IMG/VR virus record: IMGVR_UViG_3300006916_000006
Location: 1 to 51,915 of that record
DNA: 51,915 nt
Direction: 5' to 3' (one strand)
From: a virus
Lineage: Duplodnaviria; Caudoviricetes
Shown: positions 8,741-18,533 of the stretch, piece by piece
How the letters are laid out: every line of letters begins with the position of its first letter
Numbering within the stretch: the first letter of the stretch is position 1
Made by a program: the position numbers and the translations under genes
The notes under the pieces: model-generated
The model's database searches: none
Seen by the model: only the letters and a program-made list of their open reading frames with translations
Told to the model about the DNA's origin: nothing

Positions 8741-9118
8741 ATGAGCATAGACAAATACGCATTTGAAGAAGGTATGGCTGACGCTGAGTTAGGCAGACAA
8801 ATATTTGAAGACAACCCTTTTGACGCAATTCGGCAGCGCCGCAAACACCTTAGCTGGCGGCACGGCCACGCGGAATTTACCAAATACCACCGCAAACGGG
8901 AGAAACAAGAGAAGCTGGACTATGAAAACGAATTAAATTGTTTTGACCCAACCAAAGGCGCAGTTGAGCGCGAATTGTTGGCAGGTATTCTGGAAACAAT
9001 GGTTCGCATTGCAGAAAACAATGAAGCCTTCCAGCAAGCACATCTCGACGCACAGAAAGAAATTGACCAGACGTTGCGGGATATGTGGATGGAACTTGTA
9101 GAGCTGCGGAGGAAGTAA
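8741..9118 (+). CDS. hypothetical protein
   Basis: 125 aa, AAGGA RBS. Confidence 0.75.
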   Translation: MSIDKYAFEEGMADAELGRQIFEDNPFDAIRQRRKHLSWRHGHAEFTKYHRKREKQEKLDYENELNCFDPTKGAVERELLAGILETMVRIAENNEAFQQAHLDAQKEIDQTLRDMWMELVELRRK

Positions 9119-9426
9119 TGAAACTTATACCCCACATGAACAAAGACATGACCGAAGTTCGGTGTGACCAAACGGGTCAACTGCTTGGCTTCGCTCACCC
9201 AGACTTTGAGAGAAGTGGGATGCCCTATGTTGAAGTGCTTTGTGCGCCACCTGCATACGGAGTGTCTGAAAGTGAGGAGTCTACGACTGTGCCAAGGCCA
9301 GACGTAATCCAACTGACCCGCGAGTGGTTTCACTTTACTGGCACACGAAGGACTGTGCATCGCTTATCGACATGGAAAGTCAATCGTGACGAGTGGACAC
9401 GACTCGTTGAGCGGGGGTGTCTATGA
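9118..9426 (+). CDS. hypothetical protein
   Basis: TAATG coupling with the upstream gene, GGAGG RBS. Confidence 0.65.
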   Translation: MKLIPHMNKDMTEVRCDQTGQLLGFAHPDFERSGMPYVEVLCAPPAYGVSESEESTTVPRPDVIQLTREWFHFTGTRRTVHRLSTWKVNRDEWTRLVERGCL

Positions 9427-9572
9427 ACCATCTACACCGAATTAGATATGGGTTGTGCGATTTAGGTGCTGTGCCTGTGTCAATGTTGAAACAATGGGCT
9501 GATGATGCTCTGGCGGCTGGTATGACAGACGTTAGGGACAAGATTGGTTGTGAGATTGTGTATAGGAGTTAA
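9423..9572 (+). CDS. small hypothetical protein (49 aa, not in ORF track)
   Basis: ATGA overlap; MNHLHRIRYGLCDLG...EIVYRS. Confidence 0.5.
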   Translation: MNHLHRIRYGLCDLGAVPVSMLKQWADDALAAGMTDVRDKIGCEIVYRS

Positions 9573-9832
9573 TGATGGCGGGGAACCAAAACGCAGAGCA
9601 ACGCAATTTTGAGATGTCAAAAGACATCCTAGGCGCGTATGAATGGCTCTATCTGAATGACACTTGCGACATTGACGCACCCGCAATCGGAGACGTCATT
9701 GACGAAGAGCTACAGCGTCGCGGCACATACAAACTCAGGACGGGCGAGTATAAAGACGTTCTGGACTGGCTAGGGCATAGCTACAGCGCCAGAGAGATTG
9801 CACAATTTTTAATCGAAAAAAGGAGAAACTAA
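9572..9832 (+). CDS. hypothetical protein
   Basis: 86 aa, coupled to the upstream stop, AGGAG RBS. Confidence 0.65.
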   Translation: MMAGNQNAEQRNFEMSKDILGAYEWLYLNDTCDIDAPAIGDVIDEELQRRGTYKLRTGEYKDVLDWLGHSYSAREIAQFLIEKRRN

Positions 9833-9834
9833 CC

Positions 9835-10383
9835 ATGACAATACGAATCAAATTTCCGGCGGATGCAGACTTGTCTAAAGTTGAGTTAGACGGGCTAGGT
9901 GGGTTAAATGTAACCTGTTTTGAAATGTGCCTTGAACGAGAAGATGAAAGTTTTTGTGATGTCCGACTTCTTGAGGATGTGCGTATTGAGCTGTGCCAAA
10001 GCACCCCCATAGACGTGAATTTCTATGACAGCGTTGGTCGTAAATTAGGCCGCTTTATGTTTTACCTAAAGAAGGAGTCCTCTGTTGAGTACGCGGCCAA
10101 AGACAACACCATCTCTTTATCTGGTTTCCCAGACAAGAAGTTCTTTCCAATGCTTTCTATAGGCTACAAAGCAGGTGTGACCCATTCACGTCACGACCCC
10201 AGAACAGTAACATTCGGTGTTTCAGTGTGCGTCTTCGACACCGAAGAAGACACCTCGGTTTCAGAGGTCGAGGCCGAACTCTCAAAGTATTTCCAGAAAG
10301 CAAGCGTTGAGGGTTTCCTCAAATGTTTGACCCAGCACAGGGAAAAACTAAAGAATACCAAAGCACAACCACAAAATTCTTAA
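9835..10383 (+). CDS. hypothetical protein
   Basis: 182 aa, AAGGAG RBS. Confidence 0.75.
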   Translation: MTIRIKFPADADLSKVELDGLGGLNVTCFEMCLEREDESFCDVRLLEDVRIELCQSTPIDVNFYDSVGRKLGRFMFYLKKESSVEYAAKDNTISLSGFPDKKFFPMLSIGYKAGVTHSRHDPRTVTFGVSVCVFDTEEDTSVSEVEAELSKYFQKASVEGFLKCLTQHREKLKNTKAQPQNS

Positions 10384-10403
10384 CCAAAAAGGAGAAACTA
10401 ACC

Positions 10404-10676
10404 ATGAAACCACAAAACTACCCTGACATAGAGAAGGCATTTTACGCCACTTTGACTAACCTCCCTGTTGAGAGCTACACACAGCAATTCTCTGACCAAG
10501 AGCTGTGTCAGTTTCTAAAAGCTGCGGCAGTGATACCAGAAGACACAGAAACCCCGCCGGACGTGTTAGAGGCGTATGTGTTTGGCGCACGTCTGGCAAT
10601 CGGGGCAGCTCAACTCCTTGGCTTCGACGCTGAGAAAGAAGAGATGCAGACCGCATTATTTGGAGGTGAGGGCTAA
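10404..10676 (+). CDS. hypothetical protein
   Basis: Start reassigned to the ATG after AAGGAGAAACTAACC. Confidence 0.75.
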   Translation: MKPQNYPDIEKAFYATLTNLPVESYTQQFSDQELCQFLKAAAVIPEDTETPPDVLEAYVFGARLAIGAAQLLGFDAEKEEMQTALFGGEG

Positions 10677-10889
10677 ATGAAACGCAAATTTATTATCTTC
10701 GTCACCGCAGTCCAGATACTTTTCTGCGTCTGTATTATTAACTGGCTGTATTTCACACCGAGCGACCAGCTTCAGCGTTTGTCTGATGCTCACCAGCGCC
10801 ACGCAAAAGCCCTGAAAAAGCAATGCGAGGCACAACGTAAACTTGACCGCGAAGTGTGGGAATTAAAACTTTGGCAACAATGTGGGTAG
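10677..10889 (+). CDS. small membrane-anchored coiled-coil protein
   Basis: N-terminal hydrophobic helix; GAGG RBS. Confidence 0.65.
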   Translation: MKRKFIIFVTAVQILFCVCIINWLYFTPSDQLQRLSDAHQRHAKALKKQCEAQRKLDREVWELKLWQQCG

Positions 10890-10898
10890 GAGAAAACC

Positions 10899-11162
10899 AT
10901 GACCGTTGAACCTTTGAAATTATCTGATGACCATGTGCGCTTTTTCGTCAATTCTACTGACGAAAACGCACCGCGAAAATGTATTGACGCAAAAGAGACA
11001 GAAGACGCGGTGCGGTTTTACGCACACTGGTATTACCACAAAATCCACACCTTTATCACAACAGCGATACGGGTTGAGCCAGAGGGGAAACCGGCAAAGT
11101 TCTACCGCGTGGACGCTGTGCAGGGCGAGTTTATCATCACAGACATCACAGGAGTTAAGTAG
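10899..11162 (+). CDS. hypothetical protein
   Basis: 87 aa, AGGAG RBS. Confidence 0.75.
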   Translation: MTVEPLKLSDDHVRFFVNSTDENAPRKCIDAKETEDAVRFYAHWYYHKIHTFITTAIRVEPEGKPAKFYRVDAVQGEFIITDITGVK

Positions 11163-11419
11163 TGCCAAAAACTAAGACGCACCCAAAAGAAGCAAATAAA
11201 GAAATGTCTAAATCTTTCCTACTTTGGGCAAAAGACAAATCTGCTAAACTCAAACACCCGGTTCCGGTGACAATTGCCACGCAGGTGTGGGGTAGTTTTT
11301 GGGTTGAACACGCTTTAGAGAAAAATTATGTGGAGGCGATAAAGCTGTGGCCAAACAGATCAAAGGTTATTGGGTTAAAATTAACTGAAAAAGGGGAAAA
11401 CCTTGCAGCAAAACTATAA
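11162..11419 (+). CDS. hypothetical protein (possible winged-helix)
   Basis: GTG start with AGGAG RBS; C-terminal 'LKLTEKGENL' is wHTH-like. Confidence 0.6.
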   Translation: MPKTKTHPKEANKEMSKSFLLWAKDKSAKLKHPVPVTIATQVWGSFWVEHALEKNYVEAIKLWPNRSKVIGLKLTEKGENLAAKL

Positions 11420-11666
11420 ATACCGAATCGTAGTTCAGGAGATGGACACTCAAGAGACGCGGATAAGTGTTTCGGACGAGGTGTTCACATCTTTTACCAC
11501 AGCAAAACTCGGTGCAGTCACACTGGCAACGCAAACATCTATCCGCGACCGTTTCTTTATCCAGCGCATTGATACCGGGGAGATTGTGGCTTTGTTTTTT
11601 GGCACAGTTGTAGATGAGTCAGAGATACAGGAGGGGGGTTATGACCGAAGCACAGTCCTTCATTGA
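11403..11666 (+). CDS. hypothetical protein
   Basis: 87 aa, fills the operon gap. Confidence 0.55.
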   Translation: MQQNYKYRIVVQEMDTQETRISVSDEVFTSFTTAKLGAVTLATQTSIRDRFFIQRIDTGEIVALFFGTVVDESEIQEGGYDRSTVLH

Positions 11667-11988
11667 TGACGCAAGGCAAACATTGACAAATTTAGACAGT
11701 ACACAACATGAAAAGTTCAATTTAGCGATCGAGCAACGCATGGGGGAACTCATAAAACGCCGGAGACTTGCTGCGGGTATGAGTCGCGCAGAACTTGCGA
11801 CTTACGTTGGGTGCAAAGAGAGTTACATCTTCACCCTGGAAAACGGCACAGATCGGTTTCGCGCACACCAACTGTCTCGCATCCTCTACGCCTTGAAGAT
11901 AACACCGGCATCTTTCTTTGCGGAAGTGTTCAAACACATGACGTACTTACTTGGGAACCCTAACAGCATTTACGAGGTAAAGAAATGA
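11641..11988 (+). CDS. XRE/Cro-C1 family helix-turn-helix transcriptional regulator
   Basis: GELIKRRRLAAGMSRAELATYVG..SYIFTLENG..LSRILYALKITPASFF is an HTH_3 pattern; GGAGG RBS before the ATG at 11641. Confidence 0.85.
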   Translation: MTEAQSFIDDARQTLTNLDSTQHEKFNLAIEQRMGELIKRRRLAAGMSRAELATYVGCKESYIFTLENGTDRFRAHQLSRILYALKITPASFFAEVFKHMTYLLGNPNSIYEVKK

Positions 11989-12269
11989 CCATTAAAGACG
12001 ACTACAAAATACGAGAGCGTAAACTCCGACATGGTTTAATGGGTTTGCGGATTGATGCAGACTATCTGTGTAACCAATTAGCAGAAGAATATTGTGGCCA
12101 ACCTGCGGAGGTGTGGAATCAGGGCAAGGACACTGTGGTTGTGGGGGTCATCTGTGACTTCACCGCAGAAGAGCCAGACTTTTGTGTAAAGGCCGTTGTG
12201 AGCCGCGATGATGGGAAACCCAATCTTTCTGCACCACTCAAAAACATTAGAATAGTTGTTGACAAGTAG
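11985..12269 (+). CDS. hypothetical protein
   Basis: 94 aa, ATGA overlap, GAGG RBS. Confidence 0.7.
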   Translation: MTIKDDYKIRERKLRHGLMGLRIDADYLCNQLAEEYCGQPAEVWNQGKDTVVVGVICDFTAEEPDFCVKAVVSRDDGKPNLSAPLKNIRIVVDK

Positions 12270-12288
12270 GAAGAAACTTCGCTATACT
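12259..12288 (+). promoter_or_regulatory. sigma70-like promoter with palindromic operator
   Basis: TTGACA-N18-TATACT; GAAGAAACTTC at 12270-12280; TGCAACCAAACAAAGGAG leader. Confidence 0.8.
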
Positions 12289-12318
12289 ACCTTTGCAACC
12301 AAACAAAGGAGTAACCTT

Positions 12319-12474
12319 ATGATTTTACTTACCCAGAACGTCAAAACCTATTTTGACCAGAAAGATGATGAAGCCGACGTGCAGCCCGCGTTTGAGAAAG
12401 ACGTATTAAGCCCGTCTGAAATCTACGCAATCGTGCGACTGGCGGGAGCTGTGGAGAATAACTATGTTTATTAA
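12319..12474 (+). CDS. small hypothetical protein
   Basis: AAGGAG RBS then ATG at 12319. Confidence 0.65.
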   Translation: MILLTQNVKTYFDQKDDEADVQPAFEKDVLSPSEIYAIVRLAGAVENNYVY

Positions 12475-12628
12475 GACACAAGAACAGAAAAATCCATACC
12501 ACTCCGGCGAACCCACGATTGCCTTGCCCTCCGGGGGCATGATTAACCCCTACACCGGCAAACCCGTGACTGACCCGAACTTAGCGTATGAGCTTTGGCG
12601 GGAGGCACAGCGCGGATGGCTGGAGTAA
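12464..12628 (+). CDS. small hypothetical protein (not in ORF track)
   Basis: GGAG RBS; MFIKTQEQKIH...AQRGWLE, 54 aa. Confidence 0.5.
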   Translation: MFIKTQEQKNPYHSGEPTIALPSGGMINPYTGKPVTDPNLAYELWREAQRGWLE

Positions 12629-12831
12629 AACCGGAAGACATTCAGCAATACTGCGCCCCCACAGAACAACTCTGCGACTTGTGGCGTATGTGCGGTGCAG
12701 CCAGAGATGGGTGGCCTGTTAGTAAGCGACTTAGATGCTGGGGCAGAGTGGTACAAACAACCGTCAAAGCGGGACAAGATGGTGTTATGGTCTGCCCCCA
12801 TTTGGCATTTAACTTAGAAAAGAGAACATGA
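12595..12831 (+). CDS. small Cys-containing hypothetical protein
   Basis: 78 aa; ATGA overlap with the helicase. Confidence 0.55.
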   Translation: MAGGTARMAGVKPEDIQQYCAPTEQLCDLWRMCGAARDGWPVSKRLRCWGRVVQTTVKAGQDGVMVCPHLAFNLEKRT

Positions 12832-14405
12832 TTCTAACCTACACCAACAATGGCATCTTTTTCCTGAAGGATGCGCCTCAGACGGACACACTGCGGTTTA
12901 TGGCAGAAGGGTGGCACAGACGCGATGATGGCACGTTTTGGACGAACAGTCCTTATGCTGCCGCACTGCACTTATCACACGCTGACGCAGCCACAGAAGC
13001 CTATTTCAAACCATTGCTGCAACGACTGCGCCATAGTCGCGCAGAAACAAGCGATTTTCCTTGTGTAGAGACAGGCGACCCCGAAACCGCGTTAGACGCA
13101 ACACAGAGGGCGGGGGTCGAGTGGGCGGTCAACACACCTAATGCTTTGATTGCTGACCCGATGGGTTCGGGCAAGACAGCGATGGCGCTTGTGGCGGCGA
13201 ACACACTTGGGGCAGAGACGATACTGGTTGTGTGTCCTGCGATTGTGAAGCAGAATTGGATGCGTGAATTTGGCCGGTTTTACATCCACGGCACGAAAGA
13301 TGTTGAAATAGTCAATGGGTCAAGACACAAAATCACCAAAAAACGTATCATTATTAACTACGACCTTATCCACAAACCAACAATCCTCCAGCAGCTTTTG
13401 GACGAGTCTTTTGATCTAATTATTCTGGATGAAGTGCATTACTTGAAGAACATCAAATCAAAGCGCACGTTGGAGACACTCTCTATGGGGGGCGTTGCCA
13501 ACCTTGCCAAGCGCCGCATCGCGCTCTCTGGTACGCCTTTAACTGCGCGTCCAAGAGAAGTGTACCCCGTGATGGTTTCGTTTGCTCCTGACGCTCTGAC
13601 GCCGTTTGAGAACTATTTTGATTACACTCGCCATTTTTGCAATGGTCGCAAGACGCGCTTTGGCTGGGATGATTCTGGCGCGTCAAACCTCCAGGAACTC
13701 AATTTCCGACTACGCACCAGTATCATGCTGCGCCGACCACCAGAACTATTCCGCAAGTCTGCGCCGACGATTGTTTATCAGCCCGTGGATATTCGTAATC
13801 ACCGTGAATATCTGGACGTTGAAAACTCTCTCCTGTCCACGCCGGAATACTCACGGGTGATTGAAGAACTTGCCCCAGATGCACTGAAGAAAAAACAAAA
13901 GAATGACAAAAATTTGGGCGAAGCAGCGACATTGCGTATTCGACTGGCTGAACTCAAAGTGCCTCCAGTGGTAGATTTCATCAAAGAGACACTTGAGCAG
14001 GATGAGAAGATTGTCGTGTTCTGCCACCATAAGATTATGGTTGAGGGCATCATTGGTGCTGTCGGCGCGAGTAACTGCGTCAGAATTACCGGCGACACAC
14101 CCCAGACAGCGAGGCAAGAAGCCATTGAGTTATTTTGTTCCGACGAAAAGGTGCGCGTTCTGGTAGGTAATATACAGGCAGCAGGGACAGGACTGGATGG
14201 GCTACAGAAAGCTGCAAACATCTGTTTATTTGCGGAGACAACATGGATACCTGGTGAAATTGACCAGGCCATTGCCAGACTTGACCGCAGGGGTCAGAAG
14301 AAACAGGTTTATGCCTATTTTCTTCCGGTAAAAGGTTCTATTGACGAAACCATATCAAAGAGCATCAACACAAAACGTAAAACAATCGAAGAGGTACTAA
14401 AATGA
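12828..14405 (+). CDS. SNF2-family (SWI2/SNF2, HARP-like) DEXH helicase
   Basis: ADPMGSGKT Walker A, ILDEVH, LSGTP, AAGTGLDG, QAIARLDRRGQ. Confidence 0.93.
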   Translation: MILTYTNNGIFFLKDAPQTDTLRFMAEGWHRRDDGTFWTNSPYAAALHLSHADAATEAYFKPLLQRLRHSRAETSDFPCVETGDPETALDATQRAGVEWAVNTPNALIADPMGSGKTAMALVAANTLGAETILVVCPAIVKQNWMREFGRFYIHGTKDVEIVNGSRHKITKKRIIINYDLIHKPTILQQLLDESFDLIILDEVHYLKNIKSKRTLETLSMGGVANLAKRRIALSGTPLTARPREVYPVMVSFAPDALTPFENYFDYTRHFCNGRKTRFGWDDSGASNLQELNFRLRTSIMLRRPPELFRKSAPTIVYQPVDIRNHREYLDVENSLLSTPEYSRVIEELAPDALKKKQKNDKNLGEAATLRIRLAELKVPPVVDFIKETLEQDEKIVVFCHHKIMVEGIIGAVGASNCVRITGDTPQTARQEAIELFCSDEKVRVLVGNIQAAGTGLDGLQKAANICLFAETTWIPGEIDQAIARLDRRGQKKQVYAYFLPVKGSIDETISKSINTKRKTIEEVLK

Positions 14406-15574
14406 GCGAACTAAACGAACAGCAGAAAAAAGCCGCAGAAGAGATTTACACATCTATTGTCGAAGAGCAGGAAGACCATGTGTTAATGGGTTTTGCAGGG
14501 ACAGGCAAAAGTTACATGTGCCACCACCTTGTGAAAAACGTACTGCCAAGACCGTTGCTTTGTGCGCCAACAAACAAAGCGGCCAAAGTGTTGTCTGAGT
14601 ACACTGGTCGGGACGCAACAACACTGGCGAAAGTGCTATGTCTGCGTTTGGAGAAAGGTCAGCTAATTTCTTACGGCAAACCTGATTTATCAGACTACGA
14701 TTGCCTTGTTGTGGATGAAGCCTCTATGGTCAGCACACTTTATATGAGACTGTTATCTGAGAAAGTGAGAATCCCTATTTTGTATATTGGCGACCCCGGA
14801 CAGTTGCCGCCGGTTAAAGAAGACGAATCGCTGGTTTTCCACTGTCCCAATAAATCTTGCCTGACACAGATTGTCAGACAAGCCGCAGATAACCCACTCA
14901 TTGGCTACAGTAAGACAGTGCGTGAAAATGGGTTTAACCCCGCCACAATTCCGTTTGATGATAAGTATCTGCGTAAAGTTGGCGCAGAACACGCAGTGGA
15001 TTTATCAGTGAAAGCTACAAAAGCAGGTAAGAGTTTTGTCATCGCCGGATGGCGCAACAAGACCGTTGATATGATTAACAAAGCGGTGCATGAGGAAATC
15101 TATCCTGATGGCTCTGAGTACGCTGTTGGGGAGACGATTGTACTACAACAGCCTCTTGTGGACGCTAATAAAGACATTCTTATGAATAATGGGGATGAGT
15201 CTGTGATTGAAGAAATCACACCATACACGCCCGATGACGCATTGTTCAAAGGTCAGTTCCCGATGTGGAAAATCAAGTTGTCAGACGGATATTCTCTGAA
15301 CACTTTACGCGCCGATGCCAAGTCTCGTTTTCAAAATCTGATTGATGGGTATTTCAAATCGGGGCGCAGCGAGATGGCGTGGGCAATGCTTGAGCGCATC
15401 ACAGAGATTAAACACACTTACGCCATGACCATTCATAAACTACAAGGTTCGTCCTATGACAATGTGGGGGTTGTGACAGACGACTTAGCCGCGTGCTTCA
15501 TGCCCGATATGCAGAAAAAGCTGGCGTATGTGGCGGTGACACGTTCACGCAACCGAGTGTTATTTTTTGTTTGA
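14402..15574 (+). CDS. Dda/RecD-like SF1B DNA helicase
   Basis: GFAGTGKS, APTNKAA, VVDEASMV, GDPGQLPPV, YAMTIHKLQGS, YVAVTR. Confidence 0.93.
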   Translation: MSELNEQQKKAAEEIYTSIVEEQEDHVLMGFAGTGKSYMCHHLVKNVLPRPLLCAPTNKAAKVLSEYTGRDATTLAKVLCLRLEKGQLISYGKPDLSDYDCLVVDEASMVSTLYMRLLSEKVRIPILYIGDPGQLPPVKEDESLVFHCPNKSCLTQIVRQAADNPLIGYSKTVRENGFNPATIPFDDKYLRKVGAEHAVDLSVKATKAGKSFVIAGWRNKTVDMINKAVHEEIYPDGSEYAVGETIVLQQPLVDANKDILMNNGDESVIEEITPYTPDDALFKGQFPMWKIKLSDGYSLNTLRADAKSRFQNLIDGYFKSGRSEMAWAMLERITEIKHTYAMTIHKLQGSSYDNVGVVTDDLAACFMPDMQKKLAYVAVTRSRNRVLFFV

Positions 15575-15598
15575 TATGTGAAAAAACTGCGCTATAAT
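15571..15598 (+). promoter_or_regulatory. sigma70-like promoter with degenerate operator
   Basis: TTGATA-N16-TATAAT; GAAAAAACTGC in the spacer; GCAAC in the leader. Confidence 0.55.
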
Positions 15599-15630
15599 AG
15601 TAGGGCGCAACTAATAACCAGAAGAGGAAA

Positions 15631-16290
15631 ATGATTATGCGAGATTTAACTGAACTCAAGCAAGCCCTTGACGGGGTATCTGCGGCCATCTTAAAGTTGG
15701 TGTCAGATCCCCCGACCACACAACCTGTAGCCGAAGTCAAAGCTGTTGTTGATTTGGATTATGAATTGCTGGCCAGAGCTGTAGGCGACGCTGTAGCTGC
15801 GGCACTCCCTGAGAAGCCCGTTGCAAAAAAGCGTGCCACAAAGAAAGCTAAGGCAGAGCCAGAAGCAGCGCCTAAAGAAACTATTAAGGAACCCGTCCAA
15901 AAACCTGAGCCTAAAATAGAGGCTGTAGAAGCCCCATCCAAAAAAGGCGACACGATTGAAGATGTGACAGACGACATTCTGGATATGCTCAGTGACCCGA
16001 TTGAAGCAAAGAAGGCCGAAGTGGTGACAGTGGGTGAGAAAGAGACAAAAGAAATTGAAGTCTCTCAACCTGCAAATAAGACAAGTGAGACAAAAATAGA
16101 ATTGTCCCCAAAATACATTAAGGAACTTATCCATGCTACGCAGCTTCAGGTGAACAGTGGTGAGTTTATGCAAGCTATCCACGACAAGTTCGGCGGCGTG
16201 TTCCTTGCAGACCTCACTGCGGAAGAAAACATCCGCGCAACGTATGACTTTATTGCAGAGTATCGCGCCAATGCAGGGTTGGTAGATTAG
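15631..16290 (+). CDS. replication-module protein with Lys/Ala/Glu/Pro-rich linker
   Basis: Occupies the usual position before DUF2800 in APSE-like modules; low-complexity middle. Confidence 0.75.
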   Translation: MIMRDLTELKQALDGVSAAILKLVSDPPTTQPVAEVKAVVDLDYELLARAVGDAVAAALPEKPVAKKRATKKAKAEPEAAPKETIKEPVQKPEPKIEAVEAPSKKGDTIEDVTDDILDMLSDPIEAKKAEVVTVGEKETKEIEVSQPANKTSETKIELSPKYIKELIHATQLQVNSGEFMQAIHDKFGGVFLADLTAEENIRATYDFIAEYRANAGLVD

Positions 16291-17490
16291 ATGCCCCCTG
16301 TAGGTCACAGTCGTGTTGGTGCGTCATCTGCCTATCGGTGGATGGCGTGTCCGGGGTCAGTCCGTTTATCTGCGGGTATGCCGAATGAGTCTTCGGTGTA
16401 CGCAGAGGAAGGAACGGCGGCGCACGAACTGGCAGAGAAGTGCTTGCTTGAAGAGCGCGAAGCGGCGGAGTTTATCGGCCAGGCCATTTATAAAGACTAT
16501 GTCGTTGATGATGAGATGGCCGGCCATGTGCAGCTTTACTGCGATATTGTTACTGAGCAAATGGCAGAATCGGGCGAAGGGGCATTGTTGCGGGTGGAAG
16601 AGCCTTTTCACCTTGAATGGCTGCACAAGGATTTATACGGCACGAATGATGCCTGTGTTATAGAGCCTTATGGCACAATCCATGTCTTTGACCTGAAATA
16701 CGGTCAGGGGGTGGCGGTTGAGGCTGAGAATAACAGTCAGCTTCTTTACTACGCATTAGGCGCGGCAGAGATAGTGGGGAGATTGTTTACAAAAGTAGTT
16801 GTCCACATTGTCCAGCCGCGTTGCGACCACCCAGAGGGGGTGCATCGTACATGGGAAGTGGGTTACAAAGATTTGTATGAGTTCGCAGATAAATTGCGAG
16901 AAGCTGTTGAAGCCACAGAGCAAGAAAACCCACCTTTGGTCACAGGGTCACATTGCCGCTTTTGTAACGCAAAGCCCGTATGTCCGAAGGTAAAACAGGA
17001 ACTCATGGAAGTGAGTAAAGCCGAGGTCAAAGATGATGGGCAGATTGTTTTACCCGCACCGCAAGACCTGACATCTGAAGAACTCAAAGCCGCCTTGGAT
17101 ATGTCAGGACTGTTTAACACTTGGGTTGCGGATATTTTCAAATATGCTTTAGCAAAGGCGCGAGAGGGTCAGGAAGTTGAAGGTTATAAACTCGTTGAGA
17201 AACAAACGCGCAGGGGGTGGAAAGATGAAGACAAAGCTGTGGAAACGCTCAAAACAATCTTGCCAGAGGAAGATGTCTATACCAAAAAAGTCCTTACGAT
17301 GCCGCAAGCTGAAAAAGTTTTGCAGAAGCGTCTCGGAGACAAGAAAGAAGTTGAAAAGGCGTTGGCTGGACTTTGGGAAAAGCCGAAGGGCGACTTAACA
17401 CTCGCACCCATTACAGACAAACGTACTGCGAAAACGGGTAAATCCACGCAGCAGTTGGCGAATGAGTATTTCAAACGTAAGGAGGGGTAG
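16291..17490 (+). CDS. DUF2800 / Cas4-like PD-(D/E)xK exonuclease
   Basis: HSRVGASSAYRWMACPGS, AEEGTAAH, GTND..DLKYGQG, QLLYYALGA, HCRFCNAKPVCP. Confidence 0.92.
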   Translation: MPPVGHSRVGASSAYRWMACPGSVRLSAGMPNESSVYAEEGTAAHELAEKCLLEEREAAEFIGQAIYKDYVVDDEMAGHVQLYCDIVTEQMAESGEGALLRVEEPFHLEWLHKDLYGTNDACVIEPYGTIHVFDLKYGQGVAVEAENNSQLLYYALGAAEIVGRLFTKVVVHIVQPRCDHPEGVHRTWEVGYKDLYEFADKLREAVEATEQENPPLVTGSHCRFCNAKPVCPKVKQELMEVSKAEVKDDGQIVLPAPQDLTSEELKAALDMSGLFNTWVADIFKYALAKAREGQEVEGYKLVEKQTRRGWKDEDKAVETLKTILPEEDVYTKKVLTMPQAEKVLQKRLGDKKEVEKALAGLWEKPKGDLTLAPITDKRTAKTGKSTQQLANEYFKRKEG

Positions 17491-17664
17491 ATGGTACAGC
17501 AGGAGATGTTTACAGAAACAAAGAAAGCAGGGGAGATGACACAGTTTCCTTGGGTTATACGCGGAGATTGTGGCGCTCAGATTGCTGAGTTGAAATCAGA
17601 GATTGCGATGTTGCGAGGTGAAATCCGCGATATGCGTAAGTTAGTTAGACAACAGGATGAATAG
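17491..17664 (+). CDS. small coiled-coil protein (not in ORF track)
   Basis: AGGAGG RBS; MVQQEMF...AELKSEIAMLRGEIRDMRKLVRQQDE. Confidence 0.55.
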   Translation: MVQQEMFTETKKAGEMTQFPWVIRGDCGAQIAELKSEIAMLRGEIRDMRKLVRQQDE

Positions 17665-17760
17665 GAGGCTCAGACAAGTAAATGACACAGTAAATCTATG
17701 GCAATTTTATATCGAAATAACGAAAAACAAATAACAAAACGACAAACAAAGGAAACTATC

Positions 17761-18519
17761 ATGTCAAACTACAAATATATTATCCACCAACCTGAAGATA
17801 AGATTCTGATTATCCCTGGGCGACTCGGTTCAAACCCGGTGCGTATGTTCAATGCGAAGAAAGATGATTATGGTAACGAGAAGTACGAGGCCACCATTCT
17901 CTTTGACCAGAACAACGAACGCTACAAAGGTGCGGCGGGTGAAGTTCTGGCGGTGTGGAAGTCTCTGTTCTTCCCATTAATCAATGCAGAAACCAACGAT
18001 GATTTGACAGACGCACAAAAGGCACGCATCCCAGTGCGTTCTGGCAAGGCTATCCTTGAAGCAATCCGTAAGAAAGCAAAACAGAATGGCGAGTACGACG
18101 AAGAAAACTTCATCACCGAAGGGGACTTGCTCGATACTTTGCAAACGCACATGAGCATGAAGGTGAAGGAGCACAAGGTTAATAAAAATCTCGGTATTGA
18201 GAATAAGATGGTTGTTCGTGATATTGACGGCAAAGACCTGACCGTGACCACACTTGGCAAATCCATCAAGGCCGGTGATTATGGTGATTTCCTTGTGCGA
18301 TACTACACCATGGAAGCAAAAGGTGATAAACAAGCCTTGGTGGTGTTTCAACTTGTTGGTTTCCAGAAGACAGAAGATGGTGAACCAATTAAGATGGGTA
18401 AAGTCCAGACTGGTGCGGAACTGGCAAACAAATTCTTCAAGGCAAAGAAAGCTGTCGCTGCGTCAGCCGATGAGGCAGACACTTTGACTGAAGACGACCT
18501 TTCTTCTCTGATTGATTAG
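17761..18519 (+). CDS. single-stranded DNA-binding protein (DUF2815/T7 gp2.5-like)
   Basis: Between DUF2800 and PolA; KYEATILF, FQLVGFQKTEDGEPI, acidic C-terminal tail; start moved to the ATG after AAGGA. Confidence 0.75.
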   Translation: MSNYKYIIHQPEDKILIIPGRLGSNPVRMFNAKKDDYGNEKYEATILFDQNNERYKGAAGEVLAVWKSLFFPLINAETNDDLTDAQKARIPVRSGKAILEAIRKKAKQNGEYDEENFITEGDLLDTLQTHMSMKVKEHKVNKNLGIENKMVVRDIDGKDLTVTTLGKSIKAGDYGDFLVRYYTMEAKGDKQALVVFQLVGFQKTEDGEPIKMGKVQTGAELANKFFKAKKAVAASADEADTLTEDDLSSLID

Positions 18520-18533
18520 AGAAGACACGAAAT

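Noticed and set aside
16291-17490. Cas4-like nuclease as part of a CRISPR-Cas system
   Set aside because: No cas1/cas2 and no array; it sits in the standard DUF2800-SSB-PolA phage replication module.
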